64,000 nt of DNA from a virus. Shown one piece after another: positions 28,552 through 37,347 of the stretch. A program made the translations under genes and the position numbers. Location: the IMG/VR virus record IMGVR_UViG_3300037840_000188, positions 32,001-96,000 of that record; one strand, written 5' to 3'. Within the stretch, counting starts at the first letter, position 1; every line of letters starts with the position of its first letter. The notes under the pieces are model-generated. The model searched no databases. It was not told where the DNA came from and saw nothing but the letters and a program-made list of their open reading frames with translations.

Positions 28552-28630
28552 TGGTCGGGCATCTCAGATTCGAACTGAGGATCTCTCGGTCCCAAGCCGA
28601 GCGGATTAAACCAGACTTTCCCAATGCCCG
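28552..28630 (-). tRNA. tRNA-Pro(TGG)
   Basis: Loop CTTGGGA, C1-G72. Confidence 0.88.
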
Positions 28631-28635
28631 AAATC

Positions 28636-28671
28636 AAAAGCCCCCGGTTTCTCTTTTGGAGATCCGAGGGC
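28636..28671 (-). terminator. intrinsic terminator of a putative attenuator
   Basis: GCCCTCGGATCTC-loop-GAGAAACCGGGGGC followed by TTTT. Confidence 0.7.
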
Positions 28672-28702
28672 CTGGAAACTTTTAAAGTGCTGGAATCCAG
28701 GT

Positions 28703-28795
28703 CTACGGATCGTTCCTTGGCGTGCGCACACCCGCAAATGCGGTGGCGGGCTGCATCGCTTTCGGTTCTATCGCCGTATGGATTCGTCTTTGCAC
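28703..28795 (-). CDS. putative 30-aa leader peptide
   Basis: GTG...TAG between promoter and terminator: MQRRIHTAIEPKAMQPATAFAGVRTPRNDP. Confidence 0.55.
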   Translation of the reverse strand: MQRRIHTAIEPKAMQPATAFAGVRTPRNDP

Positions 28796-28804
28796 TGCAA
28801 GATC

Positions 28805-28832
28805 AGAATAGCACGAGAAGGCTAACTGTCAA
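28805..28832 (-). promoter_or_regulatory. sigma70-type promoter of the tRNA array
   Basis: TTGACA-16 nt-TATTCT with TG extension. Confidence 0.7.
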
Positions 28833-28839
28833 GTGCTTT

Positions 28840-29509
28840 TTACCAATTCCCCCGCACATAATCGCGATACGTCCACTTCTGCCCCGTGATGTGATCATTC
28901 ACCTGATCATCGCGCTCGCGAACGGTTCTGCGCTTGTCGCCGCGCATGCCGCTTCCGATCTGTTGTTTGCGGTCGGCAGCCGTAGCAGCAACCGCGCGCT
29001 CCCTCTCTGCACTCCACAGTCGCGAAGTAAGCAGAGCGAGCGCCAGTTCTTTATTCCTGAACTGCGAGCGCTCGGCTTCGGAGCGCACCATCAGTCCAGT
29101 GGGGATATGTGTTAGCTGGACGGCTGTCTCGACCTTGTTGACGTTCTGCCCGCCTGCGCCTCCTGCACGGCAAGTCTGCCAATGAAGGTCTCTGGGATTG
29201 ATCGAGAATTGAGCCTGAGTCGGCTCGGGAAGGACAGCTACCGTGATTGTGGAGGTGTGGACGCGGCCACGCTTTTCGGTAGGCGAGACACGCTGCCATC
29301 GGTGGCCGCCCGCTTCGTCAGCAAAACAAGACCGGGATCGCTCAGCCACCGCTTCTGTGACTCGTAGAACCGAAAGGCCGGGACGCTCTTCGATGACTTG
29401 AGTGTTAAAGCCCCCTCCGTATGCACCTCTTCAGGTAAATGGAGAGTTGGGTCTCGACGAGCATTTTCGCGTCTAAGCCGCCCTCTGCGGCGCGGATTTC
29501 TATGATCAT
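28840..29509 (-). CDS. RF1-like release factor homolog lacking domain 1, needing a +1 frameshift at 29404-29410
   Basis: ORF0 [11 protein letters not shown]...RRGL-stop; +1 frame [20 protein letters not shown] and [15 protein letters not shown]. Confidence 0.85.
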
Positions 29510-29543
29510 AATTTCAGTTTACTCCTCGGGTTTGCCTTCCCAT

Positions 29544-29768
29544 TCATTTCCTCATCGCCTCCGCAAGTGAAGTCCATGGCGTATCTCCGTGCCAGTACAT
29601 CTTCCCGCCCTTCGATCCTTCGCGGTCGCTTCGGCGCATTTGCGGCGCTGGGTCTTCAGATCGGTTTGCTTGATATCGATACTGGCGACTCCACAGGCGC
29701 TTACTGAACTTCTCGCTTTTCGCGGTAGTGATGCCAGTGATAGGAGTATGGCGTGTGCTGCGGGACAT
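29544..29768 (-). CDS. small basic hypothetical protein
   Basis: MSRSTRHTPITGITTAKSEK; directly upstream of the RF gene. Confidence 0.65.
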   Translation of the reverse strand: MSRSTRHTPITGITTAKSEKFSKRLWSRQYRYQANRSEDPAPQMRRSDREGSKGGKMYWHGDTPWTSLAEAMRK

Positions 29769-29785
29769 GATGATTCAATTGTAAA

Positions 29786-29862
29786 TGGCGGGGGTGACAC
29801 GGTTCGAACGTGCAGCACCTGGGTTTGGAAGCCAGTGGCAATACCTATATGCCCTCACCCCC
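29786..29862 (-). tRNA. tRNA-Trp(CCA)
   Basis: Loop TTCCAAA, G73. Confidence 0.8.
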
Positions 29863-29871
29863 CCCGCATAG

Positions 29872-29947
29872 TAGGCCCGGTGGGACTTGAACCCACAATA
29901 AACAACCGCTTTTGAGACGGCGGAGTCTGCCATTCCTCCACGGGCCT
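29872..29947 (-). tRNA. tRNA-Leu(CAA), short variable region
   Basis: Loop CTCAAAA, A73. Confidence 0.8.
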
Positions 29948-29954
29948 GGAAAAT

Positions 29955-30037
29955 TGGTGGACGTGCACGGAATCGAACCGCATTTGCCCGAAGGCGTCCG
30001 GTTTACAGCCGGGTGGAGACCATTCCCCATCACGTCC
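29955..30037 (-). tRNA. tRNA-Tyr(GTA)
   Basis: Loop CTGTAAA, variable arm, CCA. Confidence 0.88.
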
Positions 30038-30038
30038 A

Positions 30039-30114
30039 TGGCGGAGTCGGAGTGATTCGAACACTCAATTGCTTTCGCAATCACGCCTTAGCGGGGCGCT
30101 GCAATACCGTTCTG
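30039..30114 (-). pseudogene. tRNA-Ser(GCT), 5' end deleted
   Basis: Loop CCGCTAA, long variable arm; 5' acceptor strand replaced by transposase sequence. Confidence 0.85.
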
Positions 30115-30762
30115 GGGGTTACTCAGAAGACGGCGTGGTTTATGTTGAGTCGGATTCGCCTCGCAATGCAGGACGATCTCACGGGAGGAAACCTTGGCGG
30201 CGAAGTCGAAGTGGACGAAACCTACATCGGCGGCAAGGCGCGCAACATGCATGCATCGGCCCGTCTTCGTCGGCACATCGGGACGGGCGGTGAAGGCAAG
30301 ACGGTAGTTCTCGGGATTTTGGAACGCGCGAGCGGGAAGAAACCGAAGCGCATCCGCGCTACCGTCATTTCGGATCGCAAGAAAGCGACGATTCAGCCTG
30401 AGGTGGCCGGACAAGTCGAGCGCGGCTCGAAAGTCTATACTGACGACTTCGCACATACGTGGAGAATGGAAGATCGCTTTGAGCATGAGATGGTCAACCA
30501 TCTCGACAAGTACGTCTCTGGCAACTGCCATACAAATTCGCTTGAGAATTTTTGGTCCTTGCTCAAGCGGTCCGTTGGCGGAACTTACATCAGCGTGGAA
30601 CCGTTCCACCTGTTTCGTTACGTCGATGAACAGGCGTTCCGGTTTAACAACCGGCTCATGGACGACGCTACGCGCTTCGTGATTGGCATGACTCAGATCG
30701 TCGGACGCCGCTTGACGTATGCTCAGTTGACTGGGAAAGCAGAGGTTGTTCAACATGGCTGA
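30112..30762 (+). pseudogene. N-truncated IS1595 transposase
   Basis: EVDETYIGG, HTNSLENFWSLLKR; Zn ribbon missing. Confidence 0.9.
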
Positions 30763-31000
30763 CGGGCGGGAGACACAATTACCAGAATCCGCAACGCCAA
30801 GGGCGCGGGAAGCGCATGGACCGCCATCTAATCGAACTCGCTTCGAGGCTACGCCGGAATTTAAAACGTTCAGGCGCGGCATGAAGAAACTCCTGATGGT
30901 TCCGAAGGCGGCACTGGATGCGCGAGTGAAGGCTGCGAAAGAGGCGTCGCCCCGGGTTGGAAATCCGAAGGCGGCGGGACGTAAGAAAAAGAGTGGATAA
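30755..31000 (+). CDS. small basic IS1595-associated protein
   Basis: EFKTFRRGMKKLLMVPK. Confidence 0.6.
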   Translation: MADGRETQLPESATPRAREAHGPPSNRTRFEATPEFKTFRRGMKKLLMVPKAALDARVKAAKEASPRVGNPKAAGRKKKSG

Positions 31001-31910
31001 GACAGAGAACCCCAAAGACCCAGCCGATCAGGGCGACAATTCCGCCTTCCGCAACCAACTTCCCATCATTGCCGCAGTAGCCACCGATGCAGCAGAACAA
31101 ACCACAGGCACCCGCGAACGAAAGAATGATTCCAAAGACAAGCCAGGTCCAGTTAGGCTGGCTTGGTACTTCGTCAAAGACCCTAGTCATTCTGGCGCGG
31201 TCATGGCGATATTCACTGTTTTGCTTTTTCTCGTTAACGCTGGCTATATGGTGATATCTGGCTTGACCCTCAAGAATATGGGTCAGCAATTGACTGTGAT
31301 GAAACAGTCCACGCAAGCCGCCAGAGACGCCGCCGAGATTGCGCTTGCCGCGAATAGACCGCTGCTTAGATTGAAACTCAGTGTCGGCCATTTTACGGTT
31401 GAGCAAGACGGCAGTATAAGAGTGAATGTCGTTCCGCAGGTTCAGAACACCGGCAACGCGTTGCCCATAGCCACTGATCTCGCCGTATTTGCCGATGTCC
31501 CCAGTATGAGTGTGATGGACACGAACGAATACGGAGCGGACAGCCCCGAAGAAATTGCTAACCGACTTCGAGAACGTTGCCGAAAGACCCCGACTTCGGA
31601 GCGCAGCATGATCCCTCTCACTGTCATATTTCCCAACAGCCCACCAGCGGACCTTCGGCCCGATGGCGAAGAGATAGCCATCGATCTCATCAAGGCGCGC
31701 GGGAAAAGCATCGAAGGACGCTTTCAATTCGTGGTAATGGTTTATGGATGTATCACGTATTCCTACCCCGACAGATCCACCTTTCATAGGACAGGAATCG
31801 CCTACCAACTTCACACGGTCGGGTACCACCCGCTCAAGTCGATGACCGAGTACACCGCGACCGACTTGCAGTTGGAGCCTTGGGGATTCCACTCCGACTT
31901 CGCGGATTAA
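30993..31910 (+). CDS. single-TM membrane passenger protein
   Basis: AIFTVLLFLVNAGYM TM, NRPLL, NTGN motifs. Confidence 0.6.
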   Translation: MDKTENPKDPADQGDNSAFRNQLPIIAAVATDAAEQTTGTRERKNDSKDKPGPVRLAWYFVKDPSHSGAVMAIFTVLLFLVNAGYMVISGLTLKNMGQQLTVMKQSTQAARDAAEIALAANRPLLRLKLSVGHFTVEQDGSIRVNVVPQVQNTGNALPIATDLAVFADVPSMSVMDTNEYGADSPEEIANRLRERCRKTPTSERSMIPLTVIFPNSPPADLRPDGEEIAIDLIKARGKSIEGRFQFVVMVYGCITYSYPDRSTFHRTGIAYQLHTVGYHPLKSMTEYTATDLQLEPWGFHSDFAD

Positions 31911-32126
31911 CCGGCCTGTCACGCCGACTATAACTATTGCCGTCATCGCCAGTAAAGTCAAGTATATTATTACCAAAAAAAGGCCCCTGTGCTCCGTGAG
32001 TGCCGGATTTACCTGCACGTCGGCGCGGGATTCTATCGGCAGGACGACTTGTGGGACGCAGGCTGGACCGGTCCCGTCACATTCACCAGGGGCGTGAACG
32101 AGGCACTGTGTCACTTTGCCATCTCC

Positions 32127-32426
32127 TCACACAGCCGCCGTACCTCTTCCAGATCCGCCTGGCGGAAGATTCGAAAGATCGGTCACGTGAATCGCCTGGG
32201 GCGAATTTCTTACGCGGATGATCCACGGATGAAATCCCTCACGCCGCAGTGAGTCTCCCAGGATATTAAGAACGCGACGACTGATTCGGTTGGCGTCAGC
32301 TTCGATCATGATGTACTTATTCTGCTCGCCGGTGCTTCTGACTGCGTCTCCTGGCTTCGGCGCTACTAGCACCGGCGTCGTCGCTGCGCCGAAGATCGTT
32401 GAGAGGATGGTGCGGCGGGAGAGCAT
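32127..32426 (-). CDS. hypothetical protein with Tat-like N-terminus
   Basis: MLSRRTILSTIFGAA; GGAGG SD. Confidence 0.55.
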   Translation of the reverse strand: MLSRRTILSTIFGAATTPVLVAPKPGDAVRSTGEQNKYIMIEADANRISRRVLNILGDSLRREGFHPWIIRVRNSPQAIHVTDLSNLPPGGSGRGTAAV

Positions 32427-32753
32427 TTATTTCTCCTCCCTTAACTCTTTAACTATGGTCACCTTAATCTTCCCATATCGCTCCAGTAATTCACAGAAGT
32501 CGCCCGTATACCGAAGCCCCGCCATAGTCAGAGCGCCACGAAAGAACTCACCGTGCTCTTTGAATGTGAAGATCTTCTCAAAGGCGAAAGCCGCAGACTC
32601 GCCTTCGTATGCGGGATCTTTTTTTTCGGTGGAGAAGCCCCTGATAATCGCCCGCTGAAGCTCAGCCCCGTTAGTTCGGCAATCGTGAGATATTGTCCAC
32701 GCTGGAATGACGGGCTCAGCTGTCATATCGAGCATCCAACGCATATAGCTCAC
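32427..32753 (-). CDS. hypothetical protein
   Basis: Coupled ORF. Confidence 0.5.
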   Translation of the reverse strand: MSYMRWMLDMTAEPVIPAWTISHDCRTNGAELQRAIIRGFSTEKKDPAYEGESAAFAFEKIFTFKEHGEFFRGALTMAGLRYTGDFCELLERYGKIKVTIVKELREEK

Positions 32754-32902
32754 TTCGCCTCCCTGTAATATTTATCCGCGTACTTCCTGATCGCCTCCAT
32801 CGCGATCCGGCTAACGGAGTCGCCGTTCTTTTTTGCAGCGCGCTTGGCGACTCGCAGGACTTTCTGGTCAGCAGGTGATGTGTAGATTGTCAGGTTTGCC
32901 AT
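32750..32902 (-). CDS. small ribbon-helix-helix-like regulator
   Basis: MANLTIYTS...AAKKNGDSVSRIAMEAIRKY. Confidence 0.6.
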   Translation of the reverse strand: MANLTIYTSPADQKVLRVAKRAAKKNGDSVSRIAMEAIRKYADKYYREAK

Positions 32903-33003
32903 ACGTGTGAGTGTATCACAGCTTTAAGTCTGATACAATAGAAAAAGCCGCCAGCATTCGCGTGCCGACGGCCTGACATCGTGCCCTGAAAGGAGGGGCG
33001 CTA

Positions 33004-34293
33004 ATGCCTCAAGAAGAGTCTACCGCATCTGCATCACGAACGATCAAGTTTAATTCGACGGCGTTTGAGCGCTTCTGGTCCAAGGTCGATAAGAATGGGC
33101 CGGTGCCGGAACATCGACCGGATCTGGGGCAGTGTTGGGTTTGGACGGGGCAGATCAGTAGCGTTGGTTATGGCGTGCTCCAGCCTGCAAGTTATGTCCC
33201 TGAAGAAAAAGCGCATCGCGTATCGTGGATATTTGCGTATGGTGAAATACCGGATGGACTCCAAGTGCTGCATCGTTGTGATCGACGATCTTGCGTCAAC
33301 CCGGCTCATTTGAGATTGGGCACGCGAGACGACAACAGCAGAGATATGGCCACGAAGCTCAGAGCATCCAAAACGAAACTTGACATTGAGGCGATTAGAG
33401 ATATTCGCTCTCAATACGCTCACCGATATTACGGGACCGTACTTGAACTGTCAGAGAAATACGGAATCAACAGAAGCGAAGTCAGAAGAGTGGCAAAGGG
33501 GTTAATCTTTCGGGATGTAGATGCCGAGCGTGATCCAGATTCAGAATTTATTGCCGGAAGCGGCCTTGAGCGTCCACCAGCGATGGATGGATCGCAAATC
33601 AATTTCGTGCCGATAATCGTTAAGCCGCTGATGGACATCTCTGGACACACCTACGGGCAACTGACTGTTAAATACCTTATTGAAGCACTACCAAATGGTG
33701 ACGCTCGCTGGCTATGTGCCTGCTCTTGTGGTACCGAAAAGTCAATCAGGATGCAGAACCTGCGCAAAACTGGAGGGACGCGCAGTTGTGGGTGCTTATC
33801 CGATAAGGCTCGAAGGAATAATAAGCCACCGCTCGAAAAACGCTTCTGGGATCTCGTTGATAAGCGAGGTCCAGATGAGTGCTGGCCATGGAAGGGATCG
33901 CTCCGGGAAGGCTACGGACGAATTAAGCGCAAGGGCGTTCCGATGGGGGCGCATCGCGCCTCGTGGGAGATCGCTCACCCCGATGAACCACGCCTCGGGC
34001 CTAACGACTTTGTGTGTCATACCTGCAACGCGCCAACTTGCGTCAATCCTGCCCACCTCCTGCGCGGCAATGTGACTCTCAACAACTTCGATAGAGACAT
34101 CAAGGCTGCAAATAAAGATTGGACGTTCGATAAAACGGCAAATCTAATTTTAGAAATAAAAGGACTGCGCGCGAACGGCCTTAGATACTCCGAAATATCA
34201 GAAATAACCGGCGTGCATGAGATTTATATCAAGGAGGTGTTGACCAAGAAGCACGATCAAGAGTTCTCCAGAATACTTAAAGTTGAGCTTTAA
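33004..34293 (+). CDS. HNH homing endonuclease with two HNH modules
   Basis: Two copies of RFW...CWxW...AHR.SW...H.C...CVNPAHL. Confidence 0.88.
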   Translation: MPQEESTASASRTIKFNSTAFERFWSKVDKNGPVPEHRPDLGQCWVWTGQISSVGYGVLQPASYVPEEKAHRVSWIFAYGEIPDGLQVLHRCDRRSCVNPAHLRLGTRDDNSRDMATKLRASKTKLDIEAIRDIRSQYAHRYYGTVLELSEKYGINRSEVRRVAKGLIFRDVDAERDPDSEFIAGSGLERPPAMDGSQINFVPIIVKPLMDISGHTYGQLTVKYLIEALPNGDARWLCACSCGTEKSIRMQNLRKTGGTRSCGCLSDKARRNNKPPLEKRFWDLVDKRGPDECWPWKGSLREGYGRIKRKGVPMGAHRASWEIAHPDEPRLGPNDFVCHTCNAPTCVNPAHLLRGNVTLNNFDRDIKAANKDWTFDKTANLILEIKGLRANGLRYSEISEITGVHEIYIKEVLTKKHDQEFSRILKVEL

Positions 34294-34308
34294 GTATTTC
34301 TTGTAAGT

Positions 34309-35574
34309 CTATACAAGGTAAGGTGCGTGGCTCGCACGCCACTTGCCGGTGTCCCATGGCGCTAAAATTTGTTCGAGTTGTTCGTAAGAAATATTCGTGA
34401 GGCCGACTTCCTCATCATTTCTCTCCATATCATTCAATAATCCCTCTGCCTTGATTTGGTGTTGCGTCGCGAGATTCAAATTAAAGTAGGGGTTGGGGTG
34501 ATCAATATCCGCGCCAGGATAACGAGCGCATTTCTCCAGTGCCATCTCCAGAAGTACTTCTCCACGGTTGGCGACGAATGGCGGTAATTGCGGTTGCTGA
34601 ACGGTGAGATCGCTTTCTTTCGCGATATAAATGTAAGGCAGGAGCGCGCTCTGAAACGAAGTCTGAAATGACGGCGCAGGCCAAATCTCGTATCGCGGTA
34701 CGCCGCTTGTGATTTGTGACTGTGCATTAATGACGAAAAGATCTCCCGAGATGTACGAGCCGCTCGTTGGAAAATAAATCTGAACACCATCCTGAAGATC
34801 TACCGGACTTCCGTCGGAAGGGGTCACGATAGGGCCAGTAAATGAAGTCTGTCCGGAGCGCATCCACTGAAATGCAGCGGTGCCAGGCGCGCCGGTCGTA
34901 GTGATCTGCACGATGTAAGTGGCGCTTGAAACATAAGAGTAGCCAAAGGTGGTTGTCGAGACTGGCGCGCTGCCCGTCGCCGCGACCGGAATCACTGGTC
35001 CAATCGTCCCGCCAAAGTTCGCTGTGTAATCCCTGAATGCAACCCCAATCGGGACTCCCTGGTTCGTACGCTGGGGGTCATACACCGCCAGTTCATTCTC
35101 GGTTATATTTATCCATAGGCGATAAGCTCCGCTTAGTGAAATAACTACGTACCAATAACCGAAATCCGCCGGGACCGGATAGTAACATTGCAAAATTTGG
35201 TACGGCACGTTGGTGATATCAGGCCCAGACCATGGTTGGTCGATTAAGATCGAAGTCGGTGATAGGTAGTTCTGGATCGTGTAATATGGATAGAGCAATC
35301 CAAATGCGCGAATCTGCTGTCCGACCATTTGCGGAGTCCAAGTGGTCCCAATACCGGTCAGGAGGTTCGGATTGCCAGTGCTGACATTTGTGGATATCGT
35401 GCCGGTATTGTAAATCGGAGGCGGGGCGAAAGTTCCGGACCTGCGGCGAAAAGACCATTCTCTCCGGCTTTGAAATGTGTGCCACGAATCCTGGATAAGC
35501 TGGGACGAAAGCTGCACCCCGACCGCTGGGCAACGATTTAAGAGGCGCTGGGTTAGTGTGTTATAGTCATCCAT
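34309..35574 (-). CDS. head-tail adaptor-like virion protein
   Basis: RREWSF, YPVPADF, EIWPAP; follows head genes. Confidence 0.55.
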   Translation of the reverse strand: MDDYNTLTQRLLNRCPAVGVQLSSQLIQDSWHTFQSRREWSFRRRSGTFAPPPIYNTGTISTNVSTGNPNLLTGIGTTWTPQMVGQQIRAFGLLYPYYTIQNYLSPTSILIDQPWSGPDITNVPYQILQCYYPVPADFGYWYVVISLSGAYRLWINITENELAVYDPQRTNQGVPIGVAFRDYTANFGGTIGPVIPVAATGSAPVSTTTFGYSYVSSATYIVQITTTGAPGTAAFQWMRSGQTSFTGPIVTPSDGSPVDLQDGVQIYFPTSGSYISGDLFVINAQSQITSGVPRYEIWPAPSFQTSFQSALLPYIYIAKESDLTVQQPQLPPFVANRGEVLLEMALEKCARYPGADIDHPNPYFNLNLATQHQIKAEGLLNDMERNDEEVGLTNISYEQLEQILAPWDTGKWRASHAPYLV

Positions 35575-35586
35575 TCAAAGCGACCC

Positions 35587-35620
35587 AAAACAAAGAACGC
35601 CGCCCCCAAGGAGCGGCGTC
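35587..35620 (-). terminator. intrinsic terminator after head genes
   Basis: GACGCCGC...GCGGCGTT followed by CTTTGTTTT. Confidence 0.65.
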
Positions 35621-35642
35621 ATAAAATCGAGCACCAGTTACG

Positions 35643-35894
35643 CTACCCATAAAGAAACGGAGCTTCCCGCGACTTCTCGACCACTGGAGCCTCCCGCGAT
35701 TCAGGATTAATCCTCATCCCGGCACTCTCGGCAAAAATCAAAATCGCCTTCGCGCCTTCGATGTACCCGGCCTGCACCCGGCTATCGAGCCGATCCCATT
35801 CCGGAATCGCCTTCTCGGTCACTGGCGAGGTTGAGCCTACCGCCGAGCGGTATGCGGCGAAGAAAGCCTGGGCAGCCCAGAGATTAACGTCCAC
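35643..35894 (-). CDS. hypothetical protein
   Basis: ORF track. Confidence 0.55.
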   Translation of the reverse strand: MDVNLWAAQAFFAAYRSAVGSTSPVTEKAIPEWDRLDSRVQAGYIEGAKAILIFAESAGMRINPESREAPVVEKSREAPFLYG

Positions 35895-35897
35895 AAG

Positions 35898-36044
35898 CTA
35901 GTACTTCTTCGACATGCCCCTGGACTTCTCGTGTTCCTTGTGCTCTTTCTTCTTCATGCCGATGGACTCGTGCTTGCGCCCTTCCTTCTTGTGCGCCATT
36001 TCCTTCTTCATGCCCATCGATTCGTGCTCTTCGGCTTTCTTCAT
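35898..36044 (-). CDS. small Lys/His/Glu-rich protein (possible in-frame extension to 36119)
   Basis: AAGGAG SD; MKKAEEHESMGMKK. Confidence 0.65.
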   Translation of the reverse strand: MKKAEEHESMGMKKEMAHKKEGRKHESIGMKKKEHKEHEKSRGMSKKY

Positions 36045-36127
36045 CGGAGATCTCCTTTTGGATTGCCCGCTGATGTAGCGGCGGGTTGTGGTTTCGATTT
36101 GTGAGAGTTCGTCGGGGATATGCGTGC

Positions 36128-36403
36128 CTATTTGACGCTGCTGTGGCCCTGTGCAGCCTTATTCCCGATAGGTTTGAAACAATCCTCCATGGAAGTCATC
36201 AAGTGCTCTGCCGCGTCTTCCTTGGTGGCGTGGACGGCAGTGTGGGACTCCGAGGGTCCATACTCATCGCCCTCGGCACGATGACGGCTCCGTGAGATCA
36301 CACCGCCCTCAGCAGGTTCGAAGCTTATCTCGACGAGCTTCTTCTTGCCTGTCTTCGGCTTGTGTGCCTGTTCACGGAGAGCGATAGCTGAGGTCTTGGC
36401 CAT
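36128..36403 (-). CDS. hypothetical protein
   Basis: ORF track. Confidence 0.6.
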   Translation of the reverse strand: MAKTSAIALREQAHKPKTGKKKLVEISFEPAEGGVISRSRHRAEGDEYGPSESHTAVHATKEDAAEHLMTSMEDCFKPIGNKAAQGHSSVK

Positions 36404-36412
36404 TATCTGTGC

Positions 36413-36682
36413 CTAGCCCTCGTGTGCCCAGACCATGATCACTTCGTTGACCATTGGAGCGGACGAGGTGAAGGTAATCACGCCGGTAACCGCATTGACG
36501 GTCATGCCAGTGATGAGCGAAGCGGTCCCAGCCTGGCAAAAGGACTGTACGTCCGCCCAGAGGATGCCGATCATATTCGTGTTCAGCGTCGAGCCGGTGG
36601 GTCCATTAACCACAAAGATACGGCTGATGTAGTTGCCTTGCAGGCGCTGGTTCGTGGGTGTACCGAAGGTTACCTGAGCCAT
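36413..36682 (-). CDS. small virion-associated protein
   Basis: AAGGAG SD; follows capsid genes. Confidence 0.6.
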   Translation of the reverse strand: MAQVTFGTPTNQRLQGNYISRIFVVNGPTGSTLNTNMIGILWADVQSFCQAGTASLITGMTVNAVTGVITFTSSAPMVNEVIMVWAHEG

Positions 36683-36707
36683 GAATTCTCCTTAAGTCCT
36701 GCGCCGG

Positions 36708-37301
36708 TTAGTCAACGAAGCCGATGTTGACGTCGACCGGGGTGGTGTTTCCAGCGCTCAGTACGGAAGATGCGCAGATACCGATCACCTGGCTCACCGG
36801 AGCGGTCGTAACTGTCGCCTGGCTGATACCGCGCGCCACGCTTGCCGTGGTGTCCGCAATGAAGGCGGTTCCCTGGAGAATGGTTCCAGTGGCGGCAACA
36901 GGATACGCGCGCTTCTGGATGACAAGATCCGTGTAATACGTCACCGGGTTACCTGTCGCGTCATTCACGCCAGGAGCGGTGGATACCGCGAGTTGGAAAA
37001 TACCGGCCACACGATTGATCGCGCCAGACGGGCCGACATCGCATTGGTTCTTGTCGTTGGTGACAAGGGCATTAGCCTGATCCTTCCAGAATGCGAGCTG
37101 GCCAGCAGCTACCGCACCGACCGCAGTCGCCGACGTAGCGCCAGAATCGAGACGGACGCGGAGGTAAGAGCCGCCCGTCGTCTGGTCGTTGAAGGCGCAG
37201 CCGATTTCGCCATTCGCGTATGCCGGAGTCGGAGCATTGGTCTTATCCGGGGTGCCCTGTGGCATATATGGGTTCGGAATCCGTGGATATACTTGAGCCA
37301 T
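36708..37301 (-). CDS. capsid decoration/cement-like protein
   Basis: Ala/Gly/Thr-rich; directly downstream of MCP. Confidence 0.55.
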   Translation of the reverse strand: MAQVYPRIPNPYMPQGTPDKTNAPTPAYANGEIGCAFNDQTTGGSYLRVRLDSGATSATAVGAVAAGQLAFWKDQANALVTNDKNQCDVGPSGAINRVAGIFQLAVSTAPGVNDATGNPVTYYTDLVIQKRAYPVAATGTILQGTAFIADTTASVARGISQATVTTAPVSQVIGICASSVLSAGNTTPVDVNIGFVD

Positions 37302-37347
37302 AAAGACTTAACTCTCCTTGTCGTTCTGAAATTCTGGTACTAAAGTA

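Larger units (their letters stand above)
30112..31974 (+). mobile_element. left-truncated IS1595 element
   Basis: Starts mid-transposase (LGVTQKTAWFML); right TIR TAAAGTCAAGTATATTATTACC ends at 31974. Confidence 0.85.

Noticed and set aside
30013-30762. Intact 249-aa transposase
   Set aside because: Its N-terminus is antisense tRNA sequence; the Zn ribbon is deleted.
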